Below are positions 18,795-32,972 of a stretch of DNA of 64,000 nucleotides, in pieces. The notes below the pieces were generated by a model, which worked only from the letters and a program-made list of their open reading frames with translations, was not told the DNA's origin and did not search any database. Made by a program: the position numbers and the translations under genes. The stretch is from Terriglobia bacterium (GTDB lineage Bacteria > Acidobacteriota > Terriglobia > 20CM-2-55-15): positions 1-64,000 of the forward strand of contig CBDCLE010000007.1 in NCBI GenBank assembly GCA_965218585.1. The letters are read 5' to 3'. Position 1 is the first letter of the stretch. Every line of letters begins with the position of its first letter.

Positions 18795-19880
18795 CTACGC
18801 TGGCGGGCTCAGTTGAAACAGCGCCTGAGCGTTTCTGTCCTGAATCGCTTCCGCCTGTTGTGCCGGGAGCGCCTCGCTGATGTAGTTGACGGCGTCCTGG
18901 AATACGTCGCCGATCAGGTAAGGGAAGTCCGTTCCCAGGACCATCCGGTCGGCTCCGAACGCATCGACGGCCATTTCCAGGGCGGGCGCGTAACCGTGAG
19001 AGACAGTGTCGTACCAGAGCCGTCGGGCTGTCACGCTGGGCTGTTCTGCCTCGTCTGGAAGAAACATGAACTTCTGATTGTTCAGTCGCCGGATCAGCAT
19101 CGAGGTTTCGCCACCGAGGTGGGGAACGATGATTCGCACACGTGGATATCGGACGGGAATGGCCTGTTCCATCAAGTGCGCGACCACCATTGTGTCCTCA
19201 ATCGTCGCCCCGATCGGCCAGGTCAATCCACCTTCGATAAGAGGGGAACAGGCGCCAAGCCCGGAAGGATGGAGGAAGAGGATGGCGCCCCGTCGGTCGA
19301 GTTCTTCCCAGAACGGATCGAACGCGGGATCCGCGACTGACCGATCCATCACAGAGGTGCCCATTGTGACTCCAACCATGCCCAGCGTGTCGAGCGCGCG
19401 GCCCATCTCTTCGATCGAGGCGTCGACATGGGGCAGGGGTGTCACCGCGTAAGCCGCGAAGCGGTCCGGATGTTGCTCTACCATCTCTGCATAGGCGTCA
19501 TTGACGAATCGCGCCGACGAGACGGCTTGGTCTCTGTTTTCGAAATACGGAAGTTGGGGGGCCGCCGAGAGCACCTGGACGTGCATCCCCGCCCGGTCCA
19601 TCATTCCGAAACGTGATTCCAGTTCGCCCGGGCTTCCGTCGGCCGGTACTGCGCGCGCACTGCCGGTCCCTGTTCCAGGACCGCCGAATCGGTCGAGCAT
19701 GTCGAGATAATCGGTAGGGAAGTAGTGTCCGTGGACGTCGATCCGCAACCGGTCGGGAATCGCTCGAGAGCCCGCCTGCTGGGCGCTTGAAGCCTTTGCC
19801 CTGACAGCCAGCGTAGCCAGACCACCGCTTGCGGTCTTCAAGAATTCCCGTCGTCCTACCCTGGGGATATGTACTTTCAC
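18795..19880 (-). CDS. Tat-exported amidohydrolase family protein (Amidohydro_2)
   Basis: GRREFLK signal; DVHGH, LFLHP, PHLGG, GTDFPY; GTG start after GGAGG. Confidence 0.85.
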   Translation of the reverse strand: MKVHIPRVGRREFLKTASGGLATLAVRAKASSAQQAGSRAIPDRLRIDVHGHYFPTDYLDMLDRFGGPGTGTGSARAVPADGSPGELESRFGMMDRAGMHVQVLSAAPQLPYFENRDQAVSSARFVNDAYAEMVEQHPDRFAAYAVTPLPHVDASIEEMGRALDTLGMVGVTMGTSVMDRSVADPAFDPFWEELDRRGAILFLHPSGLGACSPLIEGGLTWPIGATIEDTMVVAHLMEQAIPVRYPRVRIIVPHLGGETSMLIRRLNNQKFMFLPDEAEQPSVTARRLWYDTVSHGYAPALEMAVDAFGADRMVLGTDFPYLIGDVFQDAVNYISEALPAQQAEAIQDRNAQALFQLSPPA

Positions 19881-19941
19881 GATGCCCTCCTGATCTGTAC
19901 CTGCGTTTTCAGCATGACTTCTCGTTTTTTTCAACCGGACG

Positions 19942-20835
19942 TCATCCGGAGCGAACATTTTCATTGAAATCGATTTCGTCTGCCGGCACGCACCGTTCGT
20001 CGAAGAGTTCCCACCAGCCGTTGACACTGGATTCATCTCGGGCAAGTTTTCGAAATACTTTGCACTGGCTCACCCACGGTTCGGTATAGATCTCTGGATC
20101 CGTGATGGTCATCACGAGCTCCAACAGGTCGGGAGCGATCCTCCGGTAACGTTCTTCCAGCCGCATCTCGCCACTGTGAGGATATCCGTATCGATCGATC
20201 CATGAGCTTTCCTCAAAACCGTAAGAGTCGACGATGAAGGTGTCTCCCTCCCATCTTCCGATCGAGTATCCGTTCCAATTCGGAATGTCTATTTCGGTGG
20301 GGAGCCGACGTCCGTCCATCCAGATATTGCGGTAGTCCTTCATCCACGCGAAGTTTTGGATGATCCTGTCATCTGCGTGGACGAACTCTATCGTGGAGAA
20401 ATAACTGGTCAGGATGAGGCGCGTTACACCGTAGGGCGAGCAGAGAGAGGCCGGATCGTTCTGCTGGGCGGGTGGAACGGCTCGACGACGTCCGATATGT
20501 TCGTCGGGATTAGCCGCCGCGGCTTCGCTGCCCAGCGGACGGCCGTAGCCTGGTTTGTAGCTGTCGAACTTGGCCTGTCCTTCAGCGGTGAAAGCAGGGA
20601 CATCGTTGCCGAAGCCGTCGTCTCCCTTTTCGGGGAAGGGAGCGCCGCCCTGACGATTCCCTCTGCCCTCACGGTTTCCAAAGCGTCCCCAGACACCCGA
20701 GAGGTCTTTCGGATCAAATACGTCGGAATCGGGCGAATCGAGACTCTGAGTGGTAGCGTTCTGACCTCTTGCCACGGGCGTTGCGGACAAGGCGATCGCG
20801 AACAGACATACTGAAACGGTGAAAAGAACTCTCAT
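19942..20835 (-). CDS. Secreted hypothetical protein (IWMDGR..GYSIGRWEGDT family)
   Basis: Signal peptide, DLSGVW, DP...C.P.G, ERY, DP..YTEPW motifs. Confidence 0.8.
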   Translation of the reverse strand: MRVLFTVSVCLFAIALSATPVARGQNATTQSLDSPDSDVFDPKDLSGVWGRFGNREGRGNRQGGAPFPEKGDDGFGNDVPAFTAEGQAKFDSYKPGYGRPLGSEAAAANPDEHIGRRRAVPPAQQNDPASLCSPYGVTRLILTSYFSTIEFVHADDRIIQNFAWMKDYRNIWMDGRRLPTEIDIPNWNGYSIGRWEGDTFIVDSYGFEESSWIDRYGYPHSGEMRLEERYRRIAPDLLELVMTITDPEIYTEPWVSQCKVFRKLARDESSVNGWWELFDERCVPADEIDFNENVRSG

Positions 20836-20883
20836 CGTACAACCCCTCGTCGTCAAAATTTAGATCCTGCGGCCCCCAGCGTC

Positions 20884-21324
20884 TTACGGGACCAGCGCTT
20901 CTGCCAGGTTGCCTCGGACCAGACCCACGACCGCGCCGCCTCCGTTGATCATCCTCATAACGATCGAGTCGCGCGTGTCGCCGGAGGAAACCGCGACCGT
21001 GGACGGCACGTATGTAAAAGTCAGTACGGTTCCCGGTTCCAGTTGTTCTTCCATGCGCCGTTTGGTCCAGCCGGCTCTCACGAATTGAGACACGTTTGCC
21101 ATTTCGCCGCTCCACTGCGTGGCATCACCGTTTTCGTCCGTCGTTTCGAAATAGATGCGCACGTGGGGATTTCTGTAGTCGAAACGCAGGACAGTTCCTA
21201 CCGAGGTCACGATTTCCGCGCCGGCATATGTGCCCGCTCTTCCGTGGTGTGAGAACAACGGTGTGGAAGCCACAACAAAAGCCACGATCAGTGACAGAGT
21301 CGTCAGCGTTTTCTTTTTCGCCAT
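20884..21324 (-). CDS. DUF6152-like secreted protein
   Basis: Signal peptide followed by HH; GTV..F.YRNPH, W..E motifs. Confidence 0.75.
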   Translation of the reverse strand: MAKKKTLTTLSLIVAFVVASTPLFSHHGRAGTYAGAEIVTSVGTVLRFDYRNPHVRIYFETTDENGDATQWSGEMANVSQFVRAGWTKRRMEEQLEPGTVLTFTYVPSTVAVSSGDTRDSIVMRMINGGGAVVGLVRGNLAEALVP

Positions 21325-21357
21325 AGCCCGCGCCCTCCTTGCTATCTTCCTGCCACG

Positions 21358-22524
21358 TTAATTAGCCGGCTTCTCCCAACCCTGCTCGAAGTGTTCTTCC
21401 CAGTTTTGGGCCCAGGGCCGTCCGAAGTAGTCGATCCAGCCTTCCTCTCCAGGAAGCAGTTGTGTTGGCCTCCCGTCCGGTCCGTTCACGATCGTGCTCT
21501 GAACCCGGCACTGCTTGAGGGTGAATCGCGTTTCGGGATCGTCGGATGGCGCGCTGAGGATCCATGGAGTCACCGTTTGCAGGGGCTGGGAGAAGGCTTC
21601 TGGATCGTAGAAGGTTGCTTCCGAGATCACGCCGGTCCCATCCGGACTGGGTGTGAAGACTTCAATGACTTCCAGGTCGCTGCTGAATTCGGGCATCGAG
21701 TGTGACAGTGTCCAACCCTGGACGTTGGCCGTCCATGCGACCAGCGTGTCGCCGTTCCAGAATCCCACGGTCTCGCCCATCCATTGCGGGACCCCGTCCT
21801 GGACGTGCTCGCGGCCGACCAGGACCTTGCGCAGTAAATTGTCGGCAACGCCCGCCAGAAATTGGACTTGCGTAGGTGTGACGATGACCTCGATGGGACC
21901 ACCCAGACCCGCCTGCGACCACCAGCGCATAAGTCCGTCCGGATAGCAGAATGCGGCCATCCATTGAGGCGAATTACTGACGCCTTCGTGGTAGTTCTGC
22001 TGGACTAATCGTTTCTGATATTCAGGCGTCAACACCGATGCCATCGTGGCACTCTGAAGATTCCGGCCGTAAACCCACTGCTCCTCCGTCGCTCCTCGGA
22101 GGTAGAAACCGTCCCAATACGGCAGTGTTTCCCGTGTATGAACCGTGGGACCTCCTGCGGCCTCGGCGTCGGCCAGCAGATTATTGTAGTGTTCCTCCGC
22201 AGATTGATAGTCGTACGGGCTCACGATTCCCGAGACGTCGCGGTCCAGGTCGCAGTCGCCCCAACCGCCGAATCGTCCGAACCGCCACATATCGGTCAAC
22301 TGACGTGGCGTGTTACACCTGGCGTATCGGGGGTCGGTCCAGTATTCGCTGTCCAGGTAGAAGTTCTCGGTTGTCCACATGTCGACCGGCAGTGCTTCGA
22401 CACCCGGAGGTGGGGTCGTGTCCTTGGACCCATCCTGAAAAATTTGTGCGTTGGCTACGGGCGTGAGTGACATCCCGACAGCCAGTAAAGTGATCGAGGC
22501 TACGAAGGTGCGCATTATAACCAT
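21358..22524 (-). CDS. Secreted hypothetical protein, paralog 2 of 3
   Basis: Signal peptide; aligns by eye end to end with 17487 and 22667. Confidence 0.85.
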   Translation of the reverse strand: MVIMRTFVASITLLAVGMSLTPVANAQIFQDGSKDTTPPPGVEALPVDMWTTENFYLDSEYWTDPRYARCNTPRQLTDMWRFGRFGGWGDCDLDRDVSGIVSPYDYQSAEEHYNNLLADAEAAGGPTVHTRETLPYWDGFYLRGATEEQWVYGRNLQSATMASVLTPEYQKRLVQQNYHEGVSNSPQWMAAFCYPDGLMRWWSQAGLGGPIEVIVTPTQVQFLAGVADNLLRKVLVGREHVQDGVPQWMGETVGFWNGDTLVAWTANVQGWTLSHSMPEFSSDLEVIEVFTPSPDGTGVISEATFYDPEAFSQPLQTVTPWILSAPSDDPETRFTLKQCRVQSTIVNGPDGRPTQLLPGEEGWIDYFGRPWAQNWEEHFEQGWEKPAN

Positions 22525-22557
22525 TCGATTTTCCCCTGGTTGTGTGATTTAAGCGCG

Positions 22558-22586
22558 ATGCTATTACGCCACAGCGAAGTGGTCAA
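22558..22586 (-). promoter_or_regulatory. sigma70-like promoter, copy 2
   Basis: TTGACC-17 bp-TAGCAT, conserved with the copy at 18673. Confidence 0.65.
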
Positions 22587-22666
22587 GGCAGGAACGACGG
22601 GTCGAATCCGTCACCGTTTTCTTTCTCGCGATAGCCCCGGCCCTTCTCGCTATCTTCTTCCAACAT

Positions 22667-23887
22667 TCAATTGGCAGGCTTTTCCCAACCCTGCTCGAAA
22701 TGCTCTTCCCAGTTCTCGGCCCAGGGGCGGCCGAAATAATCCACGTATCCTTCCTCTCCAAAGAGGAGTTGCGTTGGCCTGCCGTCCGGACCGTTTACGA
22801 TCGAACTCTGCGTCCGGCACTGCTTGAGGACGTATCGCGTTTCGCGATCGTCGGGCGGTCTGCTGCGAACAAAGGGAGTGACGGTGTGCAGGGGCTGGGA
22901 GAAAGCTTCGCTGTCGTAGAAGGTGGCTTCCGAGATGATGCCGCTCCCGTCCGGGTTGGGTCGAAACACTTCGATGACCTCAAACTCACTGCTGAACTCC
23001 GGCATCGAGTGCGACAGAGTCCAGCCCTGAACATTGGCTGTCCAGGCGATGAGCGTGTCACCGTTCCAGAATCCGATCGTTTCACCCATCCACTGGGGAA
23101 CACCGTTCTGTACGTGCTCGCGCCCAATCAGCACCTTGCGGAGCAAGTTGTCGGCCACGCCGGCCAGTAACTGTACCTGGTGTGGTGTGACCAGAAATTC
23201 GATCGGTCCATGGCCTGAGTCCGCACCCTCCTCCCAACTCCCCAGGGCGAACTCTCCCCACCAGCGCCACAGTCCATCGGGATAACAGAATGCAGCCATC
23301 CACTGGGGGGCGTTGCTGACGGCTTCGTGGTAATTGTGCTGGACCATCCGTTTCTGATATTCGGGAGTCAGAACAGATACCATTGTTGATGTCTGTAGAT
23401 TTCGACCATAAACCCACTGTTCCAAGTCACCGCCGCGGTCGTACCATCCGTCCCAGTCGGGCAATGATTCTCGTGTGTGTGTGGTCGGCCCTCCAGCGGC
23501 TTGAGCCTGGGCCAGCAACGCGTTGTAGTGGTCTTGGGCCGTGTTGTATGGGTGCGGGCTCACGACGTTTCGAACGTCTCGATCCAGACTGCAGTCACCC
23601 CAACCTCCGACCCGGTTCCGTGCAAACATGTCGGTAAGTTGACGAGGGGTGTTGCACCTCGCGTATCGGGGGTCGGTCCAGTACTCGCTATCGAAATAAA
23701 AATTTTCAGTGCTCCACATGTCGACAGGCAGTGCTTCGATTCCCGGAGGGGGAGTGGTGTCCGCCGAGCCTATCTCGAACAGGTCATTCTCTGGTACGCC
23801 TTGCGGGGTTGCCGTCGGCGTGCTGGATAAGGTCGCGACGATTACGAATAGTGCAGTCGAGAGGGCGCTCATGCGTGACGTAAGCAT
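22667..23887 (-). CDS. Secreted hypothetical protein, paralog 3 of 3
   Basis: Signal peptide; same motifs and same C-terminus [15 protein letters not shown] as 21358. Confidence 0.85.
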   Translation of the reverse strand: MLTSRMSALSTALFVIVATLSSTPTATPQGVPENDLFEIGSADTTPPPGIEALPVDMWSTENFYFDSEYWTDPRYARCNTPRQLTDMFARNRVGGWGDCSLDRDVRNVVSPHPYNTAQDHYNALLAQAQAAGGPTTHTRESLPDWDGWYDRGGDLEQWVYGRNLQTSTMVSVLTPEYQKRMVQHNYHEAVSNAPQWMAAFCYPDGLWRWWGEFALGSWEEGADSGHGPIEFLVTPHQVQLLAGVADNLLRKVLIGREHVQNGVPQWMGETIGFWNGDTLIAWTANVQGWTLSHSMPEFSSEFEVIEVFRPNPDGSGIISEATFYDSEAFSQPLHTVTPFVRSRPPDDRETRYVLKQCRTQSSIVNGPDGRPTQLLFGEEGYVDYFGRPWAENWEEHFEQGWEKPAN

Positions 23888-23971
23888 TGGGAAACTCCTG
23901 TTCGTTCCTGAAATCTATCTAACCCTGGCCCGAAAAGATGAGTCTCCAACAAGATCCTCCGCAAAACAACA

Positions 23972-24020
23972 GAAAAGCCCCGCCAACTTCGTCTGTAAAG
24001 ACGCGGATGACGGGGCTTTA
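23972..24020 (-). terminator. Probable rRNA operon terminator
   Basis: aaagccccg...cggggcttt stem followed by a U-run on the minus strand just after 5S. Confidence 0.6.
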
Positions 24021-24027
24021 ATTAAAT

Positions 24028-24145
<118 letters not shown>

Positions 24146-24153
24146 AACCGTAT

Positions 24154-24223
24154 TTCTGTAGGTGCTTTGTCTATGACCGCACGCTTTCAAATATTTGTGC
24201 GCTCATAGAGCGCACCTACAGAA
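24154..24223. repeat. GTAG-type REP doublet in the 23S-5S spacer
   Basis: ttctgtaggtgc..tctatgaccgcac ... gtgcgctcatagagcgcacctacagaa; single arm also at 27731-27753. Confidence 0.65.
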
Positions 24224-24317
24224 GAATCTAGATCAAAGACCTTCGGTCCTTGACGACTGAATATTGATGGGCAATGAGCGCCGATAGGGCGAATTTGATG
24301 TAGTGATTAGATCGTAA

Positions 24318-27314
<2,997 letters not shown>

Positions 27315-27613
27315 ACTACCAAAGTTTGCCTAAGGCGCTCGTTCTACTCAGCTGGATCCGCAGGTACAACAGAGCTACCTCACCGCATGCGCCCTAAATA
27401 ACCACACATACTGCGAGAGCAACCCTCCCACGAAACCATTTCGTAGAATTTGCCCATCAATATTCAATTGTCAAAGACCAGATAAGTCATCTGCGAGCGC
27501 AACTCGCAGATTAACGTTTGTGGGTGCTCCCGACTTGGGGGTACCGGCCGTCTTCGGACGGTGGGCCCCAAGCTAATGGATGACACCCATTTGTCGGCCA
27601 TTAGGCCGACAAA

Positions 27614-27686
27614 TGGAGATGATCGGGATCGAACCGACGACCTCCGCCTTGCAAGGGCGGCGCTCTCCCAACTGAGCTACATCCCC
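27614..27686 (-). tRNA. tRNA-Ala(TGC), CCA not encoded
   Basis: ggggatgtagctcagttgggagagcgccgcccttgcaagg...ggttcgatccc cloverleaf. Confidence 0.97.
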
Positions 27687-27766
27687 TGGACAACTCGCTG
27701 CCATAGCTTTCAAGGAGCTTTCAAGTCTCGGCGGTGATAGACCGCACCTACAGGCCCTGATTTTAA

Positions 27767-27840
<74 letters not shown>

Positions 27841-27968
27841 GTATTACGAGGCATTGTCGAGTGCCAGAGTTTATTTTCCTCAACTGATCGTTTGAGGCGG
27901 AAAGCGTACCGTCAATCGGATTCGAACCGAATCCTAAAACCGACTAAAAAAGCGCGTGAGATTACTCT

Positions 27969-29492
<1,524 letters not shown>

Positions 29493-29815
29493 AAAAAGAT
29501 CGTTGAAAGTTGATACATGTTTTGGCTTTGCTAGCCGAAGACTCAGTTATAAATCGACATTAGGCACGCTTTCCGTTGTCAAAGAGCAAGGACTCTTCTT
29601 TTGGAAGAGCCATGGGGCTCTAGGGCCTCAAACTGTGCTCGAAAACACCTGTCCAGCCAGAAGCTATTAAGGGTTTTGAGGGGCAAAAAAAGGCCGCCGG
29701 ATATTACCTGGCGGTTCCTTCGCCACCCTGCGCACGATGAAACTCAAATACACAGGCACAGCAAATGATAGTAGGTGTCACTGCTGCCTTGTGTCAAGCG
29801 TAGACTTCCTGTTTT

Positions 29816-31174
29816 CTAGGGTTTTGGAAGAATTTCCCGGACCACACGGCTCAATTCGTCTGCGTAGGCGTCATTTGTATCGTCGGAGTCGCTTTCAATC
29901 ATGATCCTGAGCAGTTGTTCGGTGCCCGAATAGCGCACCACAATGCGGCCCCTTCCCTCGAGGCGGGTCGCAATTTCTCCGATTTTCTCGGTCACGGCTG
30001 GCAGGGAATCGAGCGGTGGCTTTTCGGCAACCGACAGATTCTTAAGCAGTTGTGGCGATGACTGCCACCCCCGGGCTAATTCATCGAGTGAGGCGTTCTG
30101 GCTCACCATGGCCTCGCATACCTTAAGTGTCGTCAGCAGCCCGTCGCCGGAGAGGCCGTAGTCCGAGAAGATAATGTGACCGGAGGGCTCCCCTCCCAAC
30201 CGCGCTCCCCCGTTCGACATCTCCTTGAACACGTATCGGTCTCCAACGTCGGTTCGAACCAGGGCGATCCCCTCCCCCGCCAGAGCCTTTTCCAGGCCAT
30301 AGTTGGTCATCGACGTTCCCACGACCGTCGCCGGTTCCAGACGCCCTTTGCTCTTCAGCAGTCTGGCGACGATGAACAGAACCGCGTCGCCATCCACCAG
30401 CTCACCGGCGGAAGACACGAAGATGGATCGGTCTCCGTCCCCGTCGAAGGCCACACCCAGATCGGCGCTGTGGTTTCGGACATACTCGATCAGGCTTTCC
30501 GGGTGAACTGCGCCGCAATCCGCGTTTATGTTTTCTCCCGATGGTTTGGCGTGAATCGCTGAAACTTTCCCGCCGAGAGATTCAAGCAGAGCGGGTGCGA
30601 CTTTGCTCATCGCTCCGTTGGCGCAGTCTGTGACTATTCGAAGTCCATCCATCCAGCGGCCCGACCCGAACCGTTCGCCTAGCAAGGCCATGTACTGGTC
30701 CGCAAAACGGGATCCCCGATCGACATCAATCTTGTTCGAACTCGTGTCTGAGTTCAATTCCCCCGCAGCGTCCTGGTCAGCCTCGAGGAGTTCATTCACC
30801 CTCGCTTCGATACTTGCCTCATCGCTATCCCCCAGCTTTCTCCCATCGGGCCCGAAGATCTTTATTCCGTTGTCTTCGAATGAATTGTGAGACGCTGAAA
30901 TCATCACGCCTCCCCGCACAGCAGTCTCCTTCGTGAGCAGCGCGACCGCCGGTGTGGGCAGAACGCCTGCATCCTCGACCTTCACCCCGATGCGGTCCAG
31001 TCCGGTTTTAAGCGAACTCATAATCCATGGGCCGGACGCTCTTGGATCCTGACCCACAAGGACCGGTCCGCCCCGTTCTCCTATCGCCTGTCCGATCGCC
31101 GGAATCGTACTTCGATCCAGAGGGAACTTGCCCGCTTGCGAGCGAATGCCGTCGGTGCCAAAGAGTTTCTGCAT
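29816..31174 (-). CDS. glmM: Phosphoglucosamine mutase
   Basis: LFGTDGIR, ISASHN, DGDGDR, GGEPSGH, RYSGTE. Confidence 0.93.
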   Translation of the reverse strand: MQKLFGTDGIRSQAGKFPLDRSTIPAIGQAIGERGGPVLVGQDPRASGPWIMSSLKTGLDRIGVKVEDAGVLPTPAVALLTKETAVRGGVMISASHNSFEDNGIKIFGPDGRKLGDSDEASIEARVNELLEADQDAAGELNSDTSSNKIDVDRGSRFADQYMALLGERFGSGRWMDGLRIVTDCANGAMSKVAPALLESLGGKVSAIHAKPSGENINADCGAVHPESLIEYVRNHSADLGVAFDGDGDRSIFVSSAGELVDGDAVLFIVARLLKSKGRLEPATVVGTSMTNYGLEKALAGEGIALVRTDVGDRYVFKEMSNGGARLGGEPSGHIIFSDYGLSGDGLLTTLKVCEAMVSQNASLDELARGWQSSPQLLKNLSVAEKPPLDSLPAVTEKIGEIATRLEGRGRIVVRYSGTEQLLRIMIESDSDDTNDAYADELSRVVREILPKP

Positions 31175-31187
31175 CGTTAAGTGCTGG

Positions 31188-32108
31188 TTATTGCCGGACC
31201 ATAATCTCGACGGTTTCGGGTTCTACCAGAGCGACCGAAAAAGGATCGCTGATGCCGAGAATTTCCGGGAGGACCTGGTGGCTGCCGGGGGAAAGAACCG
31301 ACGTGTCGATGGTGAAGTAGAGATTGTCGGGGTCGAATTCAGCCATGAGGCTCTTGGGACCCTGGACGGTCACATCGATCAACGACGGTTCCACGAGCCA
31401 AAGCGACGGATCATCGAGGGAGGGGTCCATAGCGGCGACGTAGGCGCTATCGACTCGAACCTCACGGATCTCCACATGCACTTCATGTGGGGAAAGAGAT
31501 TCCAGTCGAACCAGAGGATCCACGATGTTCAAATCCGCGAACGTCTGGACCGTAAATTCCTGACCGTCGATGCGGATCGATGTTGTGGGCAGCGACTCCA
31601 GCGGACGTATGCTGGATTCGGGACCGACAACGTTGACCGTACTGGGCGTCACGAAGTAGGTGATAACTTCGAAGTCTTCTGCCGGCTCTCCCTCTACAAC
31701 CGCTCGAACTGGAAGTGTTCGTGTCAACGTGCGTTCCAGGTCAAACTGGATTCGGATCGGATCGATTCGGAGGACTTCAACGCCGAACGGCATCTGGATG
31801 TTCGCCGATGAAAGATTGATGATTTTGCTGCCGGGGGTTTCCCCGACCAGCGAGAGCACGGCCGCAACGTCGGCCGGGGAGATTTCGTTAAGCAGGCTGG
31901 ACGACCCACGCAGTTGTAGATCGACCTCGGTTGCCGTTTCCCGAGTGATCTCCATGTTTGGCGGGATGCCCTGAAACTCAAGAGCCACGGTTCGGTTTAT
32001 CACCGAGTTGGTCTCGCTTGCGATCGTCAGCCAAAGCAGACTTGCCACCAGGACCGAGAACAGCTTTAGAAACCAGTTGTGGGTTAGGAAACGCTTGAAG
32101 GGAAACAT
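31188..32108 (-). CDS. cdaR: CdaR/YbbR-like diadenylate cyclase regulator
   Basis: NW.LKL.S...A..LW membrane anchor, YbbR-type repeats, position between cdaA and glmM. Confidence 0.85.
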   Translation of the reverse strand: MFPFKRFLTHNWFLKLFSVLVASLLWLTIASETNSVINRTVALEFQGIPPNMEITRETATEVDLQLRGSSSLLNEISPADVAAVLSLVGETPGSKIINLSSANIQMPFGVEVLRIDPIRIQFDLERTLTRTLPVRAVVEGEPAEDFEVITYFVTPSTVNVVGPESSIRPLESLPTTSIRIDGQEFTVQTFADLNIVDPLVRLESLSPHEVHVEIREVRVDSAYVAAMDPSLDDPSLWLVEPSLIDVTVQGPKSLMAEFDPDNLYFTIDTSVLSPGSHQVLPEILGISDPFSVALVEPETVEIMVRQ

Positions 32109-32112
32109 CTTC

Positions 32113-32919
32113 TTACAATTCCGCTGGAGAAGTGACCGGCTCCGGCATCTCTTCAGCAGTCTTCTTTTCGAATGCTTCCCGCAGCTTCGACCGCAGGCCG
32201 TCTGCATCCAGATAGCGCTCGATCTTCCCGCCAGAGGCAAGCGAGATGGACCCAGTCTCTTCGGAGACAACGATCGCTACAGCGTCGGTTTCTTCAGTAA
32301 CACCAATGGCTGCACGATGCCGTGTTCCGAGTTCCTTACTCAGAATCGGATTGACAGTTAGAGGAAGGAAGCACGCGGCCGCTGCAATCCGATTGTTCCG
32401 TATGATTGCCGCCCCATCGTGGAGGGGAACTGACGGGTCAAATACGGTGACCAGTAGATCGTATGAGACCAGTGAATCCAGGGCGATGCCGCTCTCGATG
32501 TAATTCTTCAGGCCGATGTCACGTTCGATCACGATTAAGGCACCGGTTCTTCGCCCCGCCAGAGTTGTCGACGCCAGAACGATCTCTTCGTAGAACTCGG
32601 TACGGTTTATCGAAGAAAATCCGCTGAAGAAAGGCGTCTTTCCGAAATGTGCCAGGGCGCGTCGAATCTCCGACTGGAAGATCACGATGACGGCGATGAA
32701 CAGATAAGCAAGGATGTTCGTCAGCAGCCACGAAAGAGTAGCCAGCTGGCTATACCGTGACAGATAAAAGAAAGCGATGACCAGCGTGAGACCGAGGGCC
32801 ATCTGGACGGCGCGCGTTCCACGCATCAGGATGAGGGCCTGATAGATGATGAACGCAACGACCGCAATGTCGAGAATCGCGTACACGTCGAGCGCGGGTA
32901 ATGAGAAATTTTCGAGCAT
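32113..32919 (-). CDS. cdaA: Diadenylate cyclase
   Basis: Three N-terminal TM helices; GALIVIER, PLHDGA, GTRHRAA, VSEETG. Confidence 0.95.
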   Translation of the reverse strand: MLENFSLPALDVYAILDIAVVAFIIYQALILMRGTRAVQMALGLTLVIAFFYLSRYSQLATLSWLLTNILAYLFIAVIVIFQSEIRRALAHFGKTPFFSGFSSINRTEFYEEIVLASTTLAGRRTGALIVIERDIGLKNYIESGIALDSLVSYDLLVTVFDPSVPLHDGAAIIRNNRIAAAACFLPLTVNPILSKELGTRHRAAIGVTEETDAVAIVVSEETGSISLASGGKIERYLDADGLRSKLREAFEKKTAEEMPEPVTSPAEL

Positions 32920-32972
32920 CTTAGACGTTAGTTGTTACGCTTGAGGCTTAGTGGTTGCAGCTCGCGCCCGGG

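Noticed and set aside
19942-19944. TGA ending the 19942-20835 ORF as a second Sec codon
   Set aside because: No redox motif, readthrough adds only about 10 residues, no convincing hairpin
18795-20045. 416-aa version of the amidohydrolase and other over-extended starts (950-1471, 16946-17668, 31188-32270, 52492-53079)
   Set aside because: Most extensions overlap upstream genes; internal starts with RBS or signal peptides fit better
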